A stretch of 64,000 nt of DNA from an uncultured virus (IMG/VR IMGVR_UViG_3300020595_000014) (IMGVR_UViG_3300020595_000014), one strand, 5' to 3'; positions 51,128 to 60,414 are shown, counted from the stretch's first letter. Numbers and translations are program-made. Notes: generated by a model not told the origin, from the letters alone.

Positions 51128-52132
51128 TTATGGTATGTTAGGGTAGTTAGTCCAAGGTAGCACTGTCATACCAGATCCTCCTTGGAATGTGGCACTATAT
51201 TGACCAATGACATCAGGTCCTTCGTATATATTAACAAGTGCAGTTGTGTTCAATAAAGCACCCGTTCCAACCCACGATGCTGCTGGTGTGTTGGTGTAAA
51301 GAGTAGTAATGGAAGAGCAATAACGAAAAGCCTGACTCCCAATACTCGTCACACTATCTGGAATCACTAAATTGCCAGTTAAGGCAGTGCAACCTTTAAA
51401 AGCAAACCCCCCAATACTCGTAATACCATCTGGAATCACTAATTCACCAGTTAAGCCAGAGCAATTATAAAAACCATTACCCCCAATAGTTTCAACACTA
51501 TCTGGAATGACGAGCGAGCCAGTAAGAGAAGAACAATCCGCGAAGGTATAGCTATAGATTGTATTTATATTATTAGAGATAGTTAATGATCCGTTGAAGC
51601 CTGTGCAGTCCCAAAAAGCACCTTCGCCGAGACTTGTAACACTATCGGGGATTACCAAATCACCTGTAAACCCTGGATCAAAAGCAAAGGCATTGTTACC
51701 AATACTAGTAACACTATCTGGAATGACTAAGTCGCCAGTAAAACCACATTCACCCAAAGCATAGTCGCCGATGCTCGTAACATTACTTCCAATAGTTAGC
51801 GAACCGTTAAGGCTACTACCACAGTAATAAAATGCGTAAGATCCGATGTTCGTAACACTATCTGGAATTACTAAATCACCAGTTAATTGATTGCAATAGT
51901 AAAAAGCATAACTCCCAATACTTGTGCAACTTGTTCCAATAGCAAGCCCCTTCATGTCATTGCGAGCATCATAAAACCCACTACCCTGAACAATATCTCC
52001 ATTATGAACTACTTTGATTTCACCATTATTAGTTCCACCAATACCATAGGACAATGTGCCAGCATCTCCATCCAGTAAGTTTAATTCAACTACACTGTTA
52101 GTGACTTCACCTCTGAATGATTTACCTGCCAT
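51128..52132 (-). CDS. BspA-type LRR_5 protein
   Basis: ~9 repeats of TGDLVIPDSVTSIGxxAF. Confidence 0.88.
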   Translation of the reverse strand: MAGKSFRGEVTNSVVELNLLDGDAGTLSYGIGGTNNGEIKVVHNGDIVQGSGFYDARNDMKGLAIGTSCTSIGSYAFYYCNQLTGDLVIPDSVTNIGSYAFYYCGSSLNGSLTIGSNVTSIGDYALGECGFTGDLVIPDSVTSIGNNAFAFDPGFTGDLVIPDSVTSLGEGAFWDCTGFNGSLTISNNINTIYSYTFADCSSLTGSLVIPDSVETIGGNGFYNCSGLTGELVIPDGITSIGGFAFKGCTALTGNLVIPDSVTSIGSQAFRYCSSITTLYTNTPAASWVGTGALLNTTALVNIYEGPDVIGQYSATFQGGSGMTVLPWTNYPNIP

Positions 52133-52138
52133 GATACG

Positions 52139-52597
52139 TTATGATGCCTCTGTTTTATTAACTGTTACTTCCCAAACTACACTGTCTGCAGAATCACCAG
52201 TTACTTTAAACACTAATGCATCATTTGTATCGTCTGCTTCGACTGTAATATCCCATGTTGCATCTTCTTCTGCGAAAACTGTCTTCACTGCAGTACCTAC
52301 TAATGAGGTTGTACCTCCATCATTTTTAATAACGCCTTCGATCTTATAACCAGCACTCTCTGTAGCTGATCTTGCAGCAACCATAGCTGAGAACATCCAT
52401 GTTGTGTTAGTCGCTATAGTCATACGACTGTTAGCAACTCCATCAACAAAAATTTCAACGTCCGCAGTAGCGTCTGTGGTTGTACCTGATAGTGTAGTAC
52501 CGCCACTGGGAGTAATTCCTAAAACTGTTTTTGCTGCATCTGCATCTGCAGCTTGCATAAAATTATCGATTGTAGTTGATACTGTAAAATCTGCCAT
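52139..52597 (-). CDS. virion structural protein
   Basis: ATG after TAAATA; beta-rich. Confidence 0.55.
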   Translation of the reverse strand: MADFTVSTTIDNFMQAADADAAKTVLGITPSGGTTLSGTTTDATADVEIFVDGVANSRMTIATNTTWMFSAMVAARSATESAGYKIEGVIKNDGGTTSLVGTAVKTVFAEEDATWDITVEADDTNDALVFKVTGDSADSVVWEVTVNKTEAS

Positions 52598-52641
52598 ATT
52601 ATTATTTAATATATATTCTACAATAACCACGCCATTCTATC

Positions 52642-53286
52642 TTATAGATCCGCGTATTGTACATAATTACCACCGTTGTGGAACGCATCTACATGTTCTT
52701 GTGTCCAAGGTATATTCGCCCTACCCCAAATTGCAAAAGATGTCTGCTGACAATCCCAGCACCTCCACCAACTTGTATGTGGGTTGCTTGTGCCAGTTAT
52801 CGTGTTAATAAGAATACCATTTTTATAAACCTCCATTGTGAACCCGCTCTTAGAAAACACGAACGTGTCCCATTGTTGATTAATATGTGTTATTCGTCTA
52901 AACGAACTGCTTGAGGCACTTACATTTATTCCTGAACTTGTCGTCTCTTTGATGTTCTCCCCTACGTTTGTAGATCCTGTGCCAGCCCAATTTCGATAAC
53001 CGTTAGCACTTTTCCTCCCCGCCAAAGCAAATATTGTATAGGATGTAAAATCAGTAGCAGGGTTGTTCATATGTAATGTAATTGAACCCGGGTCTCGGCT
53101 AGGGTTGAATGTATCGGTAAAGGGAGATGGTGGAGCTAAACTTTTAGATCCTCGCAATCCACCGATAGTGGCTGTACCGCCTACCTTGTCTACTTTGTCA
53201 CCATCTTCCCACCAATGTACAAGACCTTCTTTAAGATCAATTCCACCTCTCTTACCAGCTAATGATATTGGAAAATTAATACTCAT
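52642..53286 (-). CDS. LamG-like virion protein
   Basis: GLVHWW, QWDTFVF..MEVYKNG motifs. Confidence 0.5.
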   Translation of the reverse strand: MSINFPISLAGKRGGIDLKEGLVHWWEDGDKVDKVGGTATIGGLRGSKSLAPPSPFTDTFNPSRDPGSITLHMNNPATDFTSYTIFALAGRKSANGYRNWAGTGSTNVGENIKETTSSGINVSASSSSFRRITHINQQWDTFVFSKSGFTMEVYKNGILINTITGTSNPHTSWWRCWDCQQTSFAIWGRANIPWTQEHVDAFHNGGNYVQYADL

Positions 53287-53789
53287 TAGACCTCAATGGC
53301 ATACGCTTGCTGGAAAAGAGAATCTAAATCTTGATCAGATAAACCTAGTGATGTGGCTAGGGTAATGAGTAGCGTTGAATCTCTCCTAAGAGTGTTACCT
53401 CCAAAGAATACTTCTTTCGCGACAGCTTTTTCGAGCGGATCAGCTATAGAGTCGATAGTTGTAGCTACATAATCAATCAATAGACCATCTGCATGCGGAG
53501 TAACATCAGCAATAGCTCTAACACGCCAAGCTGGTACTTCATACCATTCTGGTTCTAATTCATCATCCGAAATAGCCACTTGAGTCCATCCATATTGCTC
53601 TGTGGTAAGTTCACGTGACCACAAAAACCCTTCTGCAGGCTCTTCTTCCGGAATGTCAAGTTCTTCTACATATGCGTAGCCTGCAGGAGTCGGTGGAGCA
53701 GCTACATCACGTACTAACGTAGAAGGGAGACCATTTATACTCTTATTATATAAGGCTAACGGGTCAAGTTGTATTAAACGATATTTCAT
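53286..53789 (-). CDS. tail-assembly-like protein
   Basis: C-terminal RDSTLL..LGLSDQDLDSLFQQA. Confidence 0.55.
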   Translation of the reverse strand: MKYRLIQLDPLALYNKSINGLPSTLVRDVAAPPTPAGYAYVEELDIPEEEPAEGFLWSRELTTEQYGWTQVAISDDELEPEWYEVPAWRVRAIADVTPHADGLLIDYVATTIDSIADPLEKAVAKEVFFGGNTLRRDSTLLITLATSLGLSDQDLDSLFQQAYAIEV

Positions 53790-53807
53790 AAGTCTTTTTA
53801 TAAATTA

Positions 53808-54206
53808 TTAGCTACTAACTTCACTTGTAAAGTATAGCATACTCGGACTACCTGGCACGCTCGTACTCTCTGAATGATAAAGCCAACCAACGATACATAC
53901 ATCGCCTGCTACCATTGTTGCTATGTCAGCTACATCTCCTGCCAAATACTTATCATCAGGACTACCTCCAAAGAAGGTCCAGGGACCATTTCCATCCTGT
54001 GTGATGCATATCGAGCCACTATCACCTGGAGATAAGTCCATGAATAATGACCAATCGACTGATGATACATCCTCTGTTAAGTCTAAGGACGTATTGTACG
54101 CTGTTATACTCACAGTGTTAGAAGATACCAGCACTGGCTCTGGTGCAAGGTCTGGGTCTAGTTTATGCCAATTACCAGCTGTTGCGGTAGTAAGTTTATA
54201 TTTCAT
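53808..54206 (-). CDS. hypothetical virion protein
   Basis: ITQDGNG motif; gene context. Confidence 0.5.
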   Translation of the reverse strand: MKYKLTTATAGNWHKLDPDLAPEPVLVSSNTVSITAYNTSLDLTEDVSSVDWSLFMDLSPGDSGSICITQDGNGPWTFFGGSPDDKYLAGDVADIATMVAGDVCIVGWLYHSESTSVPGSPSMLYFTSEVSS

Positions 54207-54219
54207 TGTATGTCAGAAT

Positions 54220-54429
54220 TTATGGTGAACCTGGCCTTTTAAATAGATCCCCAGCATTAGGTGCAGAGCGTAGATAATTGAACCCTGCATTCGGAACTGG
54301 TCTGAGGTATAGATCTGGATCAACCGGTGGAGGTCCTCCAGGCTGAGGCTGTGCTCCATCAACATTCAGAGACCCTGACGGGTTTACTGTTGGGAATATA
54401 TGATTACCTATGGAGGGTATAGTTATCAC
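54220..54429 (-). CDS. hypothetical Pro-rich protein
   Basis: GTG start directly after the upstream stop. Confidence 0.45.
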   Translation of the reverse strand: MITIPSIGNHIFPTVNPSGSLNVDGAQPQPGGPPPVDPDLYLRPVPNAGFNYLRSAPNAGDLFKRPGSP

Positions 54430-54714
54430 TTATCTAGATGGTGAGTTACTATAAAATTGCGTTCTAATATATACATCACCAGTACCGGTTGCGCTTAGTT
54501 GATCACTATTAGTAACACCTCTAAATGTAAAGCTTTCTTTATCACCTAATACAAATGCATTTGCTGCATCACTATAACCACTATCATTAATAGTAATATC
54601 AGCACCGGTTCTATTAATAACAACAACTTCAGAGCAACTTTGATCTACAAGTTTAGTTAGACCAGCGATTGCAATCTTATATGATCTACATTTGTTTAAA
54701 TTGACATATTCCAT
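54430..54714 (-). CDS. hypothetical virion protein
   Basis: TATAAATA upstream. Confidence 0.6.
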   Translation of the reverse strand: MEYVNLNKCRSYKIAIAGLTKLVDQSCSEVVVINRTGADITINDSGYSDAANAFVLGDKESFTFRGVTNSDQLSATGTGDVYIRTQFYSNSPSR

Positions 54715-54778
54715 GTTAATATTTATACAATCTTGTCTCTCTTATCAGCTAGTATGTAGGATTTTTATAAATATACAT

Positions 54779-55006
54779 ATGGACAAAGGACTATTAATAC
54801 TATTGTCATTAGCTGTAATACTAACTATAACGATATTACTTGAGATTTTAGGTATCGTTACGCACGCGTACATCCAAGCTACTATGATGATAAGTCTCGG
54901 TTATCATATATGTTATGCTATCTATGCAGTCTGTGAGTGGAGGGGAAGAACACGCATACGCAATGTAAGGAGAGCTAACTTGAGGCCACCTGGTAGAGAT
55001 TTATAA
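54779..55006 (+). CDS. small membrane protein
   Basis: TATAAATA upstream; two TM segments. Confidence 0.5.
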   Translation: MDKGLLILLSLAVILTITILLEILGIVTHAYIQATMMISLGYHICYAIYAVCEWRGRTRIRNVRRANLRPPGRDL

Positions 55007-55165
55007 CTAAGCTTGCTGAGCTAATATAAGACCTACATTAGCGGCACCATATGATAGCCAAGTAATGGCCCATGGCAGATTGCCCTTAAGAAGATAGGAT
55101 GTACCTACCACTATATAGCCTACCATACACACGGCGACCACTATGTTCTCTAGCGTTAATTGCAT
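55007..55165 (-). CDS. small membrane protein, 52 aa (below ORF-track cutoff)
   Basis: MQLTLENIVVAVCMVGYIVVG...; ATG 6 nt after the minus-strand repeat at 55172-55187. Confidence 0.6.
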   Translation of the reverse strand: MQLTLENIVVAVCMVGYIVVGTSYLLKGNLPWAITWLSYGAANVGLILAQQA

Positions 55166-55240
55166 CCCATAATTATATTAGAGTTCCTGTTGATAGCTAG
55201 TATATCTTTTGCCTATACGGGAACACCGGTATAATAATGT

Positions 55241-55582
55241 ATGAGCAAACAAAAGCCAAGCCATATGGATGAGCTGACCTTGCAATTATTTGACGAGGTT
55301 AAGATTAAACCGGACTTATACCCAGGCTATGCTACAGGCGATGCCTCTGTACAGCATAGCTATTTCATCATTAAGAAATACGACGTTGAGTTAGGAGGGC
55401 ATACAGTACCGTTCGTGGATATTCTTAGACACTCAGAGCAAGAAGAGATTGATTTGCACAACCAAGCATGGCAATATGTTATGGCAATGCCGCGGTGGAC
55501 TAAGCCTTTTATACTTTCTTTCCCAGCTGAGAGTGTGCGTCGTGTGCCGACCCTTACCGTCCGGTTGAACAAACTCGACTAG
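55241..55582 (+). CDS. hypothetical protein
   Basis: leaderless after the repeat at 55220. Confidence 0.65.
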   Translation: MSKQKPSHMDELTLQLFDEVKIKPDLYPGYATGDASVQHSYFIIKKYDVELGGHTVPFVDILRHSEQEEIDLHNQAWQYVMAMPRWTKPFILSFPAESVRRVPTLTVRLNKLD

Positions 55583-55586
55583 AACA

Positions 55587-55724
55587 ATGAAGCTCACAAC
55601 AATAATAGCAATAGGCGCTAGTGTAGCAGTTGTCTTGAATGGTATTGGCGCCACAGATCAAATATTCGAGTTCATAGTCAATTTATTACACCTTCACACT
55701 TTATCCCAGATAACGCCGCCATGA
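55587..55724 (+). CDS. small hydrophobic protein, 45 aa
   Basis: fills the gap; ATGA overlap with the next ORF. Confidence 0.45.
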   Translation: MKLTTIIAIGASVAVVLNGIGATDQIFEFIVNLLHLHTLSQITPP

Positions 55725-55930
55725 TATTAAATATACAAGTGGAACCGCATAATAATCACTTTAAATCAGAAGAGGATTGGAGCGCGCCAGTAGTCAACCG
55801 GATTATTCCTAGAGAGAAGAGAACACTAAGGAAGGCATGCGTTACAGCTCTCGGGGTAGTCTTCTATATAACACTCGTAGTAGGCAGCATCTTAGGAGCA
55901 ATAATAACTATAACAAGCAATCGCGATTAA
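55721..55930 (+). CDS. small membrane protein
   Basis: C-terminal TM segment. Confidence 0.5.
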   Translation: MILNIQVEPHNNHFKSEEDWSAPVVNRIIPREKRTLRKACVTALGVVFYITLVVGSILGAIITITSNRD

Positions 55931-55932
55931 TC

Positions 55933-56118
55933 ATGAAGCCTATAGGAGAGTTGACACAACAGAATATATCTGACCGGTTAGAGTGCCTTGAGTGGTACCT
56001 GAAATATTATAAGAAACAGAACACTGAACTAGTGCATGCGTATGAAGAGTCGCAAGTAAAGATGGTTAAGGTTCTAGAGTCAATTGAGATGTATGAGAGC
56101 ATGCAAGAACAAACCTGA
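55933..56118 (+). CDS. hypothetical protein
   Basis: ATG right after the upstream stop. Confidence 0.5.
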   Translation: MKPIGELTQQNISDRLECLEWYLKYYKKQNTELVHAYEESQVKMVKVLESIEMYESMQEQT

Positions 56119-56123
56119 CGATA

Positions 56124-56288
56124 ATGTATACCGTTGAAGTAAAACATGATGGAAAGTGGAAGGAAGTAGACTCCGGAGAGTCATACCGGAATGTTAGGTT
56201 TACGGTAGATCTGTTTGTTGAGGCATTCGATACGGACAGGGTACGCGTGAGGGCACCAGATGGGAGCTATATAGAGCTAGAGAAATAA
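56124..56288 (+). CDS. hypothetical protein, 54 aa
   Basis: MYTVEVKHDGKWKEV...; ends just before the next repeat. Confidence 0.5.
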   Translation: MYTVEVKHDGKWKEVDSGESYRNVRFTVDLFVEAFDTDRVRVRAPDGSYIELEK

Positions 56289-56311
56289 CGGAACACTGAT
56301 ATAATAACAGT

Positions 56312-56461
56312 ATGAAACCAGAAGAAAGAATGCAAGCATGGAAATCAATCAAAGGAGCTAAGCCAACATGGGAGGAATTCAAGCGCTTACTATCAGCTAG
56401 CGAGTACGATGTAGAGAAAGCCTTAAAGAAATGGAAGAAGAAACATCCGTTCCTGAAGTAA
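56312..56461 (+). CDS. hypothetical protein, 49 aa
   Basis: leaderless after the repeat at 56290. Confidence 0.6.
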   Translation: MKPEERMQAWKSIKGAKPTWEEFKRLLSASEYDVEKALKKWKKKHPFLK

Positions 56462-56719
56462 TATCATAAGAAGATATAAGAAAACATATAAGGATAATAT
56501 AAAAAGACACAAAATTCCTGTATAGTTACTATATAACACTATGATAAAGAGACAATAGAGAATCTAAGAGAGAACATAGAAGAGACGGGAACTTCCGGAG
56601 AGAAGAGCTTTTACGAAATAGCTAAATGCAAAGGGAACACGATCGAAATAAGCGAATACAATTGTTCTAGAATCGAAATAGTCTGAGACCAATGAGAGAC
56701 AATCTATCTGCACAGTTTA

Positions 56720-56769
56720 AAGCTATATCTGCCTAGGTGGAGGGCTTTGCTAAGCTATATCTGCCTAGG
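56720..56769. repeat. 18-bp direct repeat x2
   Basis: AAGCTATATCTGCCTAGG at 56720 and 56752. Confidence 0.85.
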
Positions 56770-56907
56770 CGCTGCGGTTGAACTAGATAATATAAACGTG
56801 TGGAGATTATTACCTCGACTATATATCTCCCCGGGGCTCTGAGCTCTGCACCTCGGAATGCTACGCGCTTAGAGAGATGGGAACACTATTATAATAAGTA
56901 ATAGCAT

Positions 56908-57135
56908 ATGAATAAAGGACCATTTGAATCAAAGAAGTTTACAGCCCTGATCTCTGGGATTGTCTTTAATGCTATTTTCGCAGGCCTCTCATTGTACTTC
57001 ATTGCAGGTAATCCAGAGTCTGCTGTATCTATAGTAAACCTTATGACGGTATCATTAGCCTCTGTTAATGGTCTCATCTCTCTATATGCCATCGGCCAAT
57101 CTGCGGTCGACTGGAAGATCAATACACCGAAGTAA
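56908..57135 (+). CDS. small membrane protein (2 TM)
   Basis: after the repeat at 56880. Confidence 0.6.
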   Translation: MNKGPFESKKFTALISGIVFNAIFAGLSLYFIAGNPESAVSIVNLMTVSLASVNGLISLYAIGQSAVDWKINTPK

Positions 57136-57139
57136 CTAC

Positions 57140-57298
57140 ATGAAGAAGAAGAACGCCATTAGGCTCGAGCTATGCCAGCTGATATCAGACGGGCTACTGG
57201 ATAAGGACCTGGTACTGCTAGAGTTAATTTCTAGAACACCTCCTGGTAAGATTAGGGAACTAATCGAGATACTCAGACCATCAGAAGTGGTTGAGTAG
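57140..57298 (+). CDS. hypothetical protein
   Basis: ATG right after the upstream stop. Confidence 0.45.
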   Translation: MKKKNAIRLELCQLISDGLLDKDLVLLELISRTPPGKIRELIEILRPSEVVE

Positions 57299-57525
57299 AG
57301 GGAACTATTCTCATTATACTTTAGTTCCTATACACACAAAAAGGGAACTACTTTATAAAAAAAGAGTTCTCCCCAGACCTATAGTCTCATTGTTAGTCAG
57401 CTTGTCTGTAGGTCATACCCTCCCTACATCTATATTATATCGGTGTTCCTCTTTAGTGTAATTTGTACACTATACATCAAAGCTCCGAAGCCTATTATAA
57501 AAGGAACACTAATATAATAAAGGTG

Positions 57526-57711
57526 ATGAAAGAGATAAAGAGATGGATAGTAGCATACGACGCCGATGGTGAGACAGATATCTGCAGACATATAATGGCT
57601 GAAACGAGAGAGGAAGCAGAGAAGGAGTTAGCTAATCAGGTTAATTTAGAATTCTGTACTAATGTAGAGATGTTCGAAGATACACTCGCTCCTACGTGGC
57701 AGGAACTGTAA
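57526..57711 (+). CDS. cassette mini-gene
   Basis: starts after a repeat, ends in the next (QEL*). Confidence 0.65.
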   Translation: MKEIKRWIVAYDADGETDICRHIMAETREEAEKELANQVNLEFCTNVEMFEDTLAPTWQEL

Positions 57712-57722
57712 TATAATTAGGT

Positions 57723-57884
57723 ATGTTAAAAGTACTACTAGAGATGTTGGATCAAGTTGAAGCAGCTTGGAAGGCTGGCCACCTCACAAGAAGAGAGGCA
57801 CAACGCGAGTGTGTGTGGATTGGTGCATGTATGGATGCTTATGAGCTTGAGCAACAGATCGCTGCGAACCCTCTGAGGGGCTAG
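57723..57884 (+). CDS. cassette mini-gene, 53 aa
   Basis: MLKVLLEMLDQVEAAWKAG...; lies between two repeats. Confidence 0.65.
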   Translation: MLKVLLEMLDQVEAAWKAGHLTRREAQRECVWIGACMDAYELEQQIAANPLRG

Positions 57885-57911
57885 TATAGGAACACTAATA
57901 TAATAAAGGTG

Positions 57912-58121
57912 ATGAAAGATAATAACCATAAAGTCAGTGATGAGGTCCACTATAACATCCCAGTTAAGGTCAGAGAGATTGTCAATGGGCACCTGTTGAT
58001 AAATGAGAGGCTTCAGTGTCAGCACAACAGAGAGATACTAGATGAGATCATTGCTGATCTACAGCAGTATGCTTCTGAGTTACCATCAGTCTCTGATCTA
58101 GAAACCTGTAATGTCCTCTAG
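57912..58121 (+). CDS. cassette mini-gene
   Basis: after the repeat at 57889. Confidence 0.6.
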   Translation: MKDNNHKVSDEVHYNIPVKVREIVNGHLLINERLQCQHNREILDEIIADLQQYASELPSVSDLETCNVL

Positions 58122-58380
58122 TATGAATGTTATTAAAAGAAGAACGAGATGCGCCTTAGATCTAATGAAGGAGGGCGGTCTAACATCTGATGGTGAGTTA
58201 GATACACATAACAACTATATGATGGAAGACCTTAAGGATAAGGTAGATGATCTAGATAACTGGCTCAATGGAACTGATGGTGGGTTTGATCAAGATAACT
58301 CTTTACATATGAACATGTTGGCTGATATTGTCATGTGCTATGATAAGCTTGAAAGTATATGCGAGAGGGTAGTCCAATAG
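58111..58380 (+). CDS. hypothetical acidic protein
   Basis: ORF in co-oriented run. Confidence 0.55.
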   Translation: MSSSMNVIKRRTRCALDLMKEGGLTSDGELDTHNNYMMEDLKDKVDDLDNWLNGTDGGFDQDNSLHMNMLADIVMCYDKLESICERVVQ

Positions 58381-58417
58381 TTGGACTACGAAAAAGTAAC
58401 ACTGATATAATATACAC

Positions 58418-58597
58418 ATGATAGATTACCAACATTACGTAGCTGAGCGGTTAGAGAGTCTAGAGTTAGACCTGAAGTACCATAAGATGAGAAGCACACA
58501 CCTTGCGCGCAAGCTAGAAGAGAGTGAGGACAAGCTATCAGAGATCTTAAAAGAGATTCGCGACCTTAAGGTTAACTATAAACAGCCAGTACAGTAA
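58418..58597 (+). CDS. cassette mini-gene, 59 aa coiled coil
   Basis: after the degenerate repeat GTAAC-N5-TATAAT. Confidence 0.6.
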   Translation: MIDYQHYVAERLESLELDLKYHKMRSTHLARKLEESEDKLSEILKEIRDLKVNYKQPVQ

Positions 58598-58598
58598 C

Positions 58599-58760
58599 AT
58601 GACTAACTACATCACATATACAACAGACGGTAGATACTTCGTTATCGATAATACATCCCTGCAGCAAGACGGTATCCTTGCTCATGCTATTAAGTGCGAG
58701 TGTACGTCGAATTGGGACGCTCAGGAGATCGCAGATAGTCTTAACGGTGAAGTATTATAG
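58599..58760 (+). CDS. mini-gene, 53 aa
   Basis: MTNYITYTTDGRYFVID...; fills the gap. Confidence 0.5.
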   Translation: MTNYITYTTDGRYFVIDNTSLQQDGILAHAIKCECTSNWDAQEIADSLNGEVL

Positions 58761-58786
58761 AAAGGGAACACTTATATAATAATAGT

Positions 58787-58975
58787 ATGAGCAGTTGGAT
58801 TTGGAAATTTGAGCAAGGTGATGAGGTCATTGTCGATGGTGAGCTTCTGTATGTAGAGAAGAAGGCTAAGAAGAAGTGGTACCTACCGCTAGCGCCAGAC
58901 ACCTGGTGGTGCTATAATGGCTACGGCGAGGATCAATTAGTTAAAGAGAGTGACATGACGCATAAGGAACTCTGA
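58787..58975 (+). CDS. cassette mini-gene (SH3-like)
   Basis: ends HKEL* inside the next repeat. Confidence 0.65.
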   Translation: MSSWIWKFEQGDEVIVDGELLYVEKKAKKKWYLPLAPDTWWCYNGYGEDQLVKESDMTHKEL

Positions 58976-58988
58976 TATAATAAAGGTG

Positions 58989-59249
58989 ATGAAGACACAA
59001 ACTATGACACCCACCACGCCTGCTAACATCTACGACTTCAATGAAGAGGTTGTGAGCATTCCTTTAATCAGCCTGACCACACTAGTGAGTGGGCTTAAGC
59101 TGAGTGTTAAGTTCAATGAGGACTTTAAAGGATGTGTAAAGACAGCTCGACATCTACTATCAACTCCTAAGGGCTATAGGACAGAAGACATCCTGCACCA
59201 CCTGGAGACATCACTAGCTGACACTAAGGCACACTATGGCATAGAGTAA
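58989..59249 (+). CDS. cassette mini-gene
   Basis: between repeats. Confidence 0.65.
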   Translation: MKTQTMTPTTPANIYDFNEEVVSIPLISLTTLVSGLKLSVKFNEDFKGCVKTARHLLSTPKGYRTEDILHHLETSLADTKAHYGIE

Positions 59250-59272
59250 GGAACTCTGATATAATTAAGGTG

Positions 59273-59455
59273 ATGAAAAATAAAGATATAAAGAATGGTG
59301 ACTTTGTTCTCTACACGCAAGGAGACAAGAGTGTCATCCTGTACGTAGAGTTCTACAATGAGAGTGACGACGTCTGGTTAGGAACAGACTCTGACGGGGA
59401 AGATTACTTCTTTCAAGCTAGCGATATTGACCCATGTGACCATAAGGAACTCTGA
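59273..59455 (+). CDS. cassette mini-gene (SH3-like, acidic)
   Basis: ends HKEL* inside the next repeat. Confidence 0.65.
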   Translation: MKNKDIKNGDFVLYTQGDKSVILYVEFYNESDDVWLGTDSDGEDYFFQASDIDPCDHKEL

Positions 59456-59467
59456 TATAATAATAGT

Positions 59468-59758
59468 ATGATGAATATAAAACCGACAATTCGCGAGGTA
59501 AAGGTAATCCTTAACGCACTAGGAATCGATAGAGACGCAATCTCACACCATTGGAATGATACAAGAGTTCGGGGAGGGCGTATTAAGTTCTATTCTAGGA
59601 ACAATATTGACAATGTCTTACCGAAACTAAATGATCATTTAGTATCATTGTTCCCAGACTTTAAAGTCGAATCGACTAGTTATGGTAGGAACGTATATAC
59701 AATTCACTTCAAGGAGATGGATGCAACGTTTGACTTCTTCGGAGTCAACCCTTCTTAG
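59468..59758 (+). CDS. cassette mini-gene
   Basis: between repeats. Confidence 0.65.
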   Translation: MMNIKPTIREVKVILNALGIDRDAISHHWNDTRVRGGRIKFYSRNNIDNVLPKLNDHLVSLFPDFKVESTSYGRNVYTIHFKEMDATFDFFGVNPS

Positions 59759-59779
59759 GAACCCCGATATAATAATAGC

Positions 59780-60019
59780 ATGAACAACAACGAGATGAAG
59801 AACATAACACTCTCCCGGATCACGTCCGTTCTAGATACAGTGAGCTGTAAACTAGTACTCCTAGAGGCACTCGATCGCGATCAGAGCGATAGTGGTTACG
59901 GTGATCTTATCGATCAGATAGCTACAATGCGAGCAGGTCTCGCTACTCTTCAAGGAGCTGTCTCACGAGCAGAATCAGTAGTACCATCAACTATTAGCAG
60001 CTCTAGACATCTCGTTTAA
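59780..60019 (+). CDS. cassette mini-gene
   Basis: after the repeat at 59758. Confidence 0.6.
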   Translation: MNNNEMKNITLSRITSVLDTVSCKLVLLEALDRDQSDSGYGDLIDQIATMRAGLATLQGAVSRAESVVPSTISSSRHLV

Positions 60020-60116
60020 ACACTCTCTCGAAGAATACTCTTCGAGCGCTACCGAGGAGTGCTCGTACAAAAAAACGAGCACTCCTTACATAAAGGAACA
60101 CTGATATAATAATAAT

Positions 60117-60338
60117 ATGAACGCAAATAAAAAGCAAGTAAACGTCGAAAGCCGCACCCGTCAACCAAACCTATTCTCGGTTGTACTAGAGCGCGACCCA
60201 TCCACCGGTGACTTCACCGTGGTAGGTCATCAAGCAAAGCGCCTGGTAATGAAGAATCAGTTTAAGGGTGACTGGGTAAAAGTAGCGCCGCGAGCCATCG
60301 CTAAGGCACTCCGCAATAACAAGATCAAAGCTGCATAG
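60117..60338 (+). CDS. cassette mini-gene (basic)
   Basis: after the repeat at 60095. Confidence 0.65.
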   Translation: MNANKKQVNVESRTRQPNLFSVVLERDPSTGDFTVVGHQAKRLVMKNQFKGDWVKVAPRAIAKALRNNKIKAA

Positions 60339-60356
60339 CACCTACGATTTTCATCA

Positions 60357-60383
60357 GTCCCTGGACATGGGCCTAAACTGTCC
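60357..60383 (+). ncRNA. compact H-type pseudoknot motif, copy A
   Basis: GTCC-CT-GGACA-T-GGGC-CTAAAC-TGTCC. Confidence 0.55.
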
Positions 60384-60414
60384 GATCTTTTACAGTTTGA
60401 AGAAGAATGATCTG

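Noticed and set aside
440..54228. Many 60-160 aa opposite-strand ORFs from the track (e.g. 1986-2309, 12099-12572, 46580-47029, 52404-52808)
   Set aside because: Antisense shadows of well-supported genes, with no promoter motif or protein features
58787..59455. C-terminal HKEL as an ER-retention-like signal
   Set aside because: It is simply the translation of the promoter repeat (CAT AAG GAA CTC TGA)
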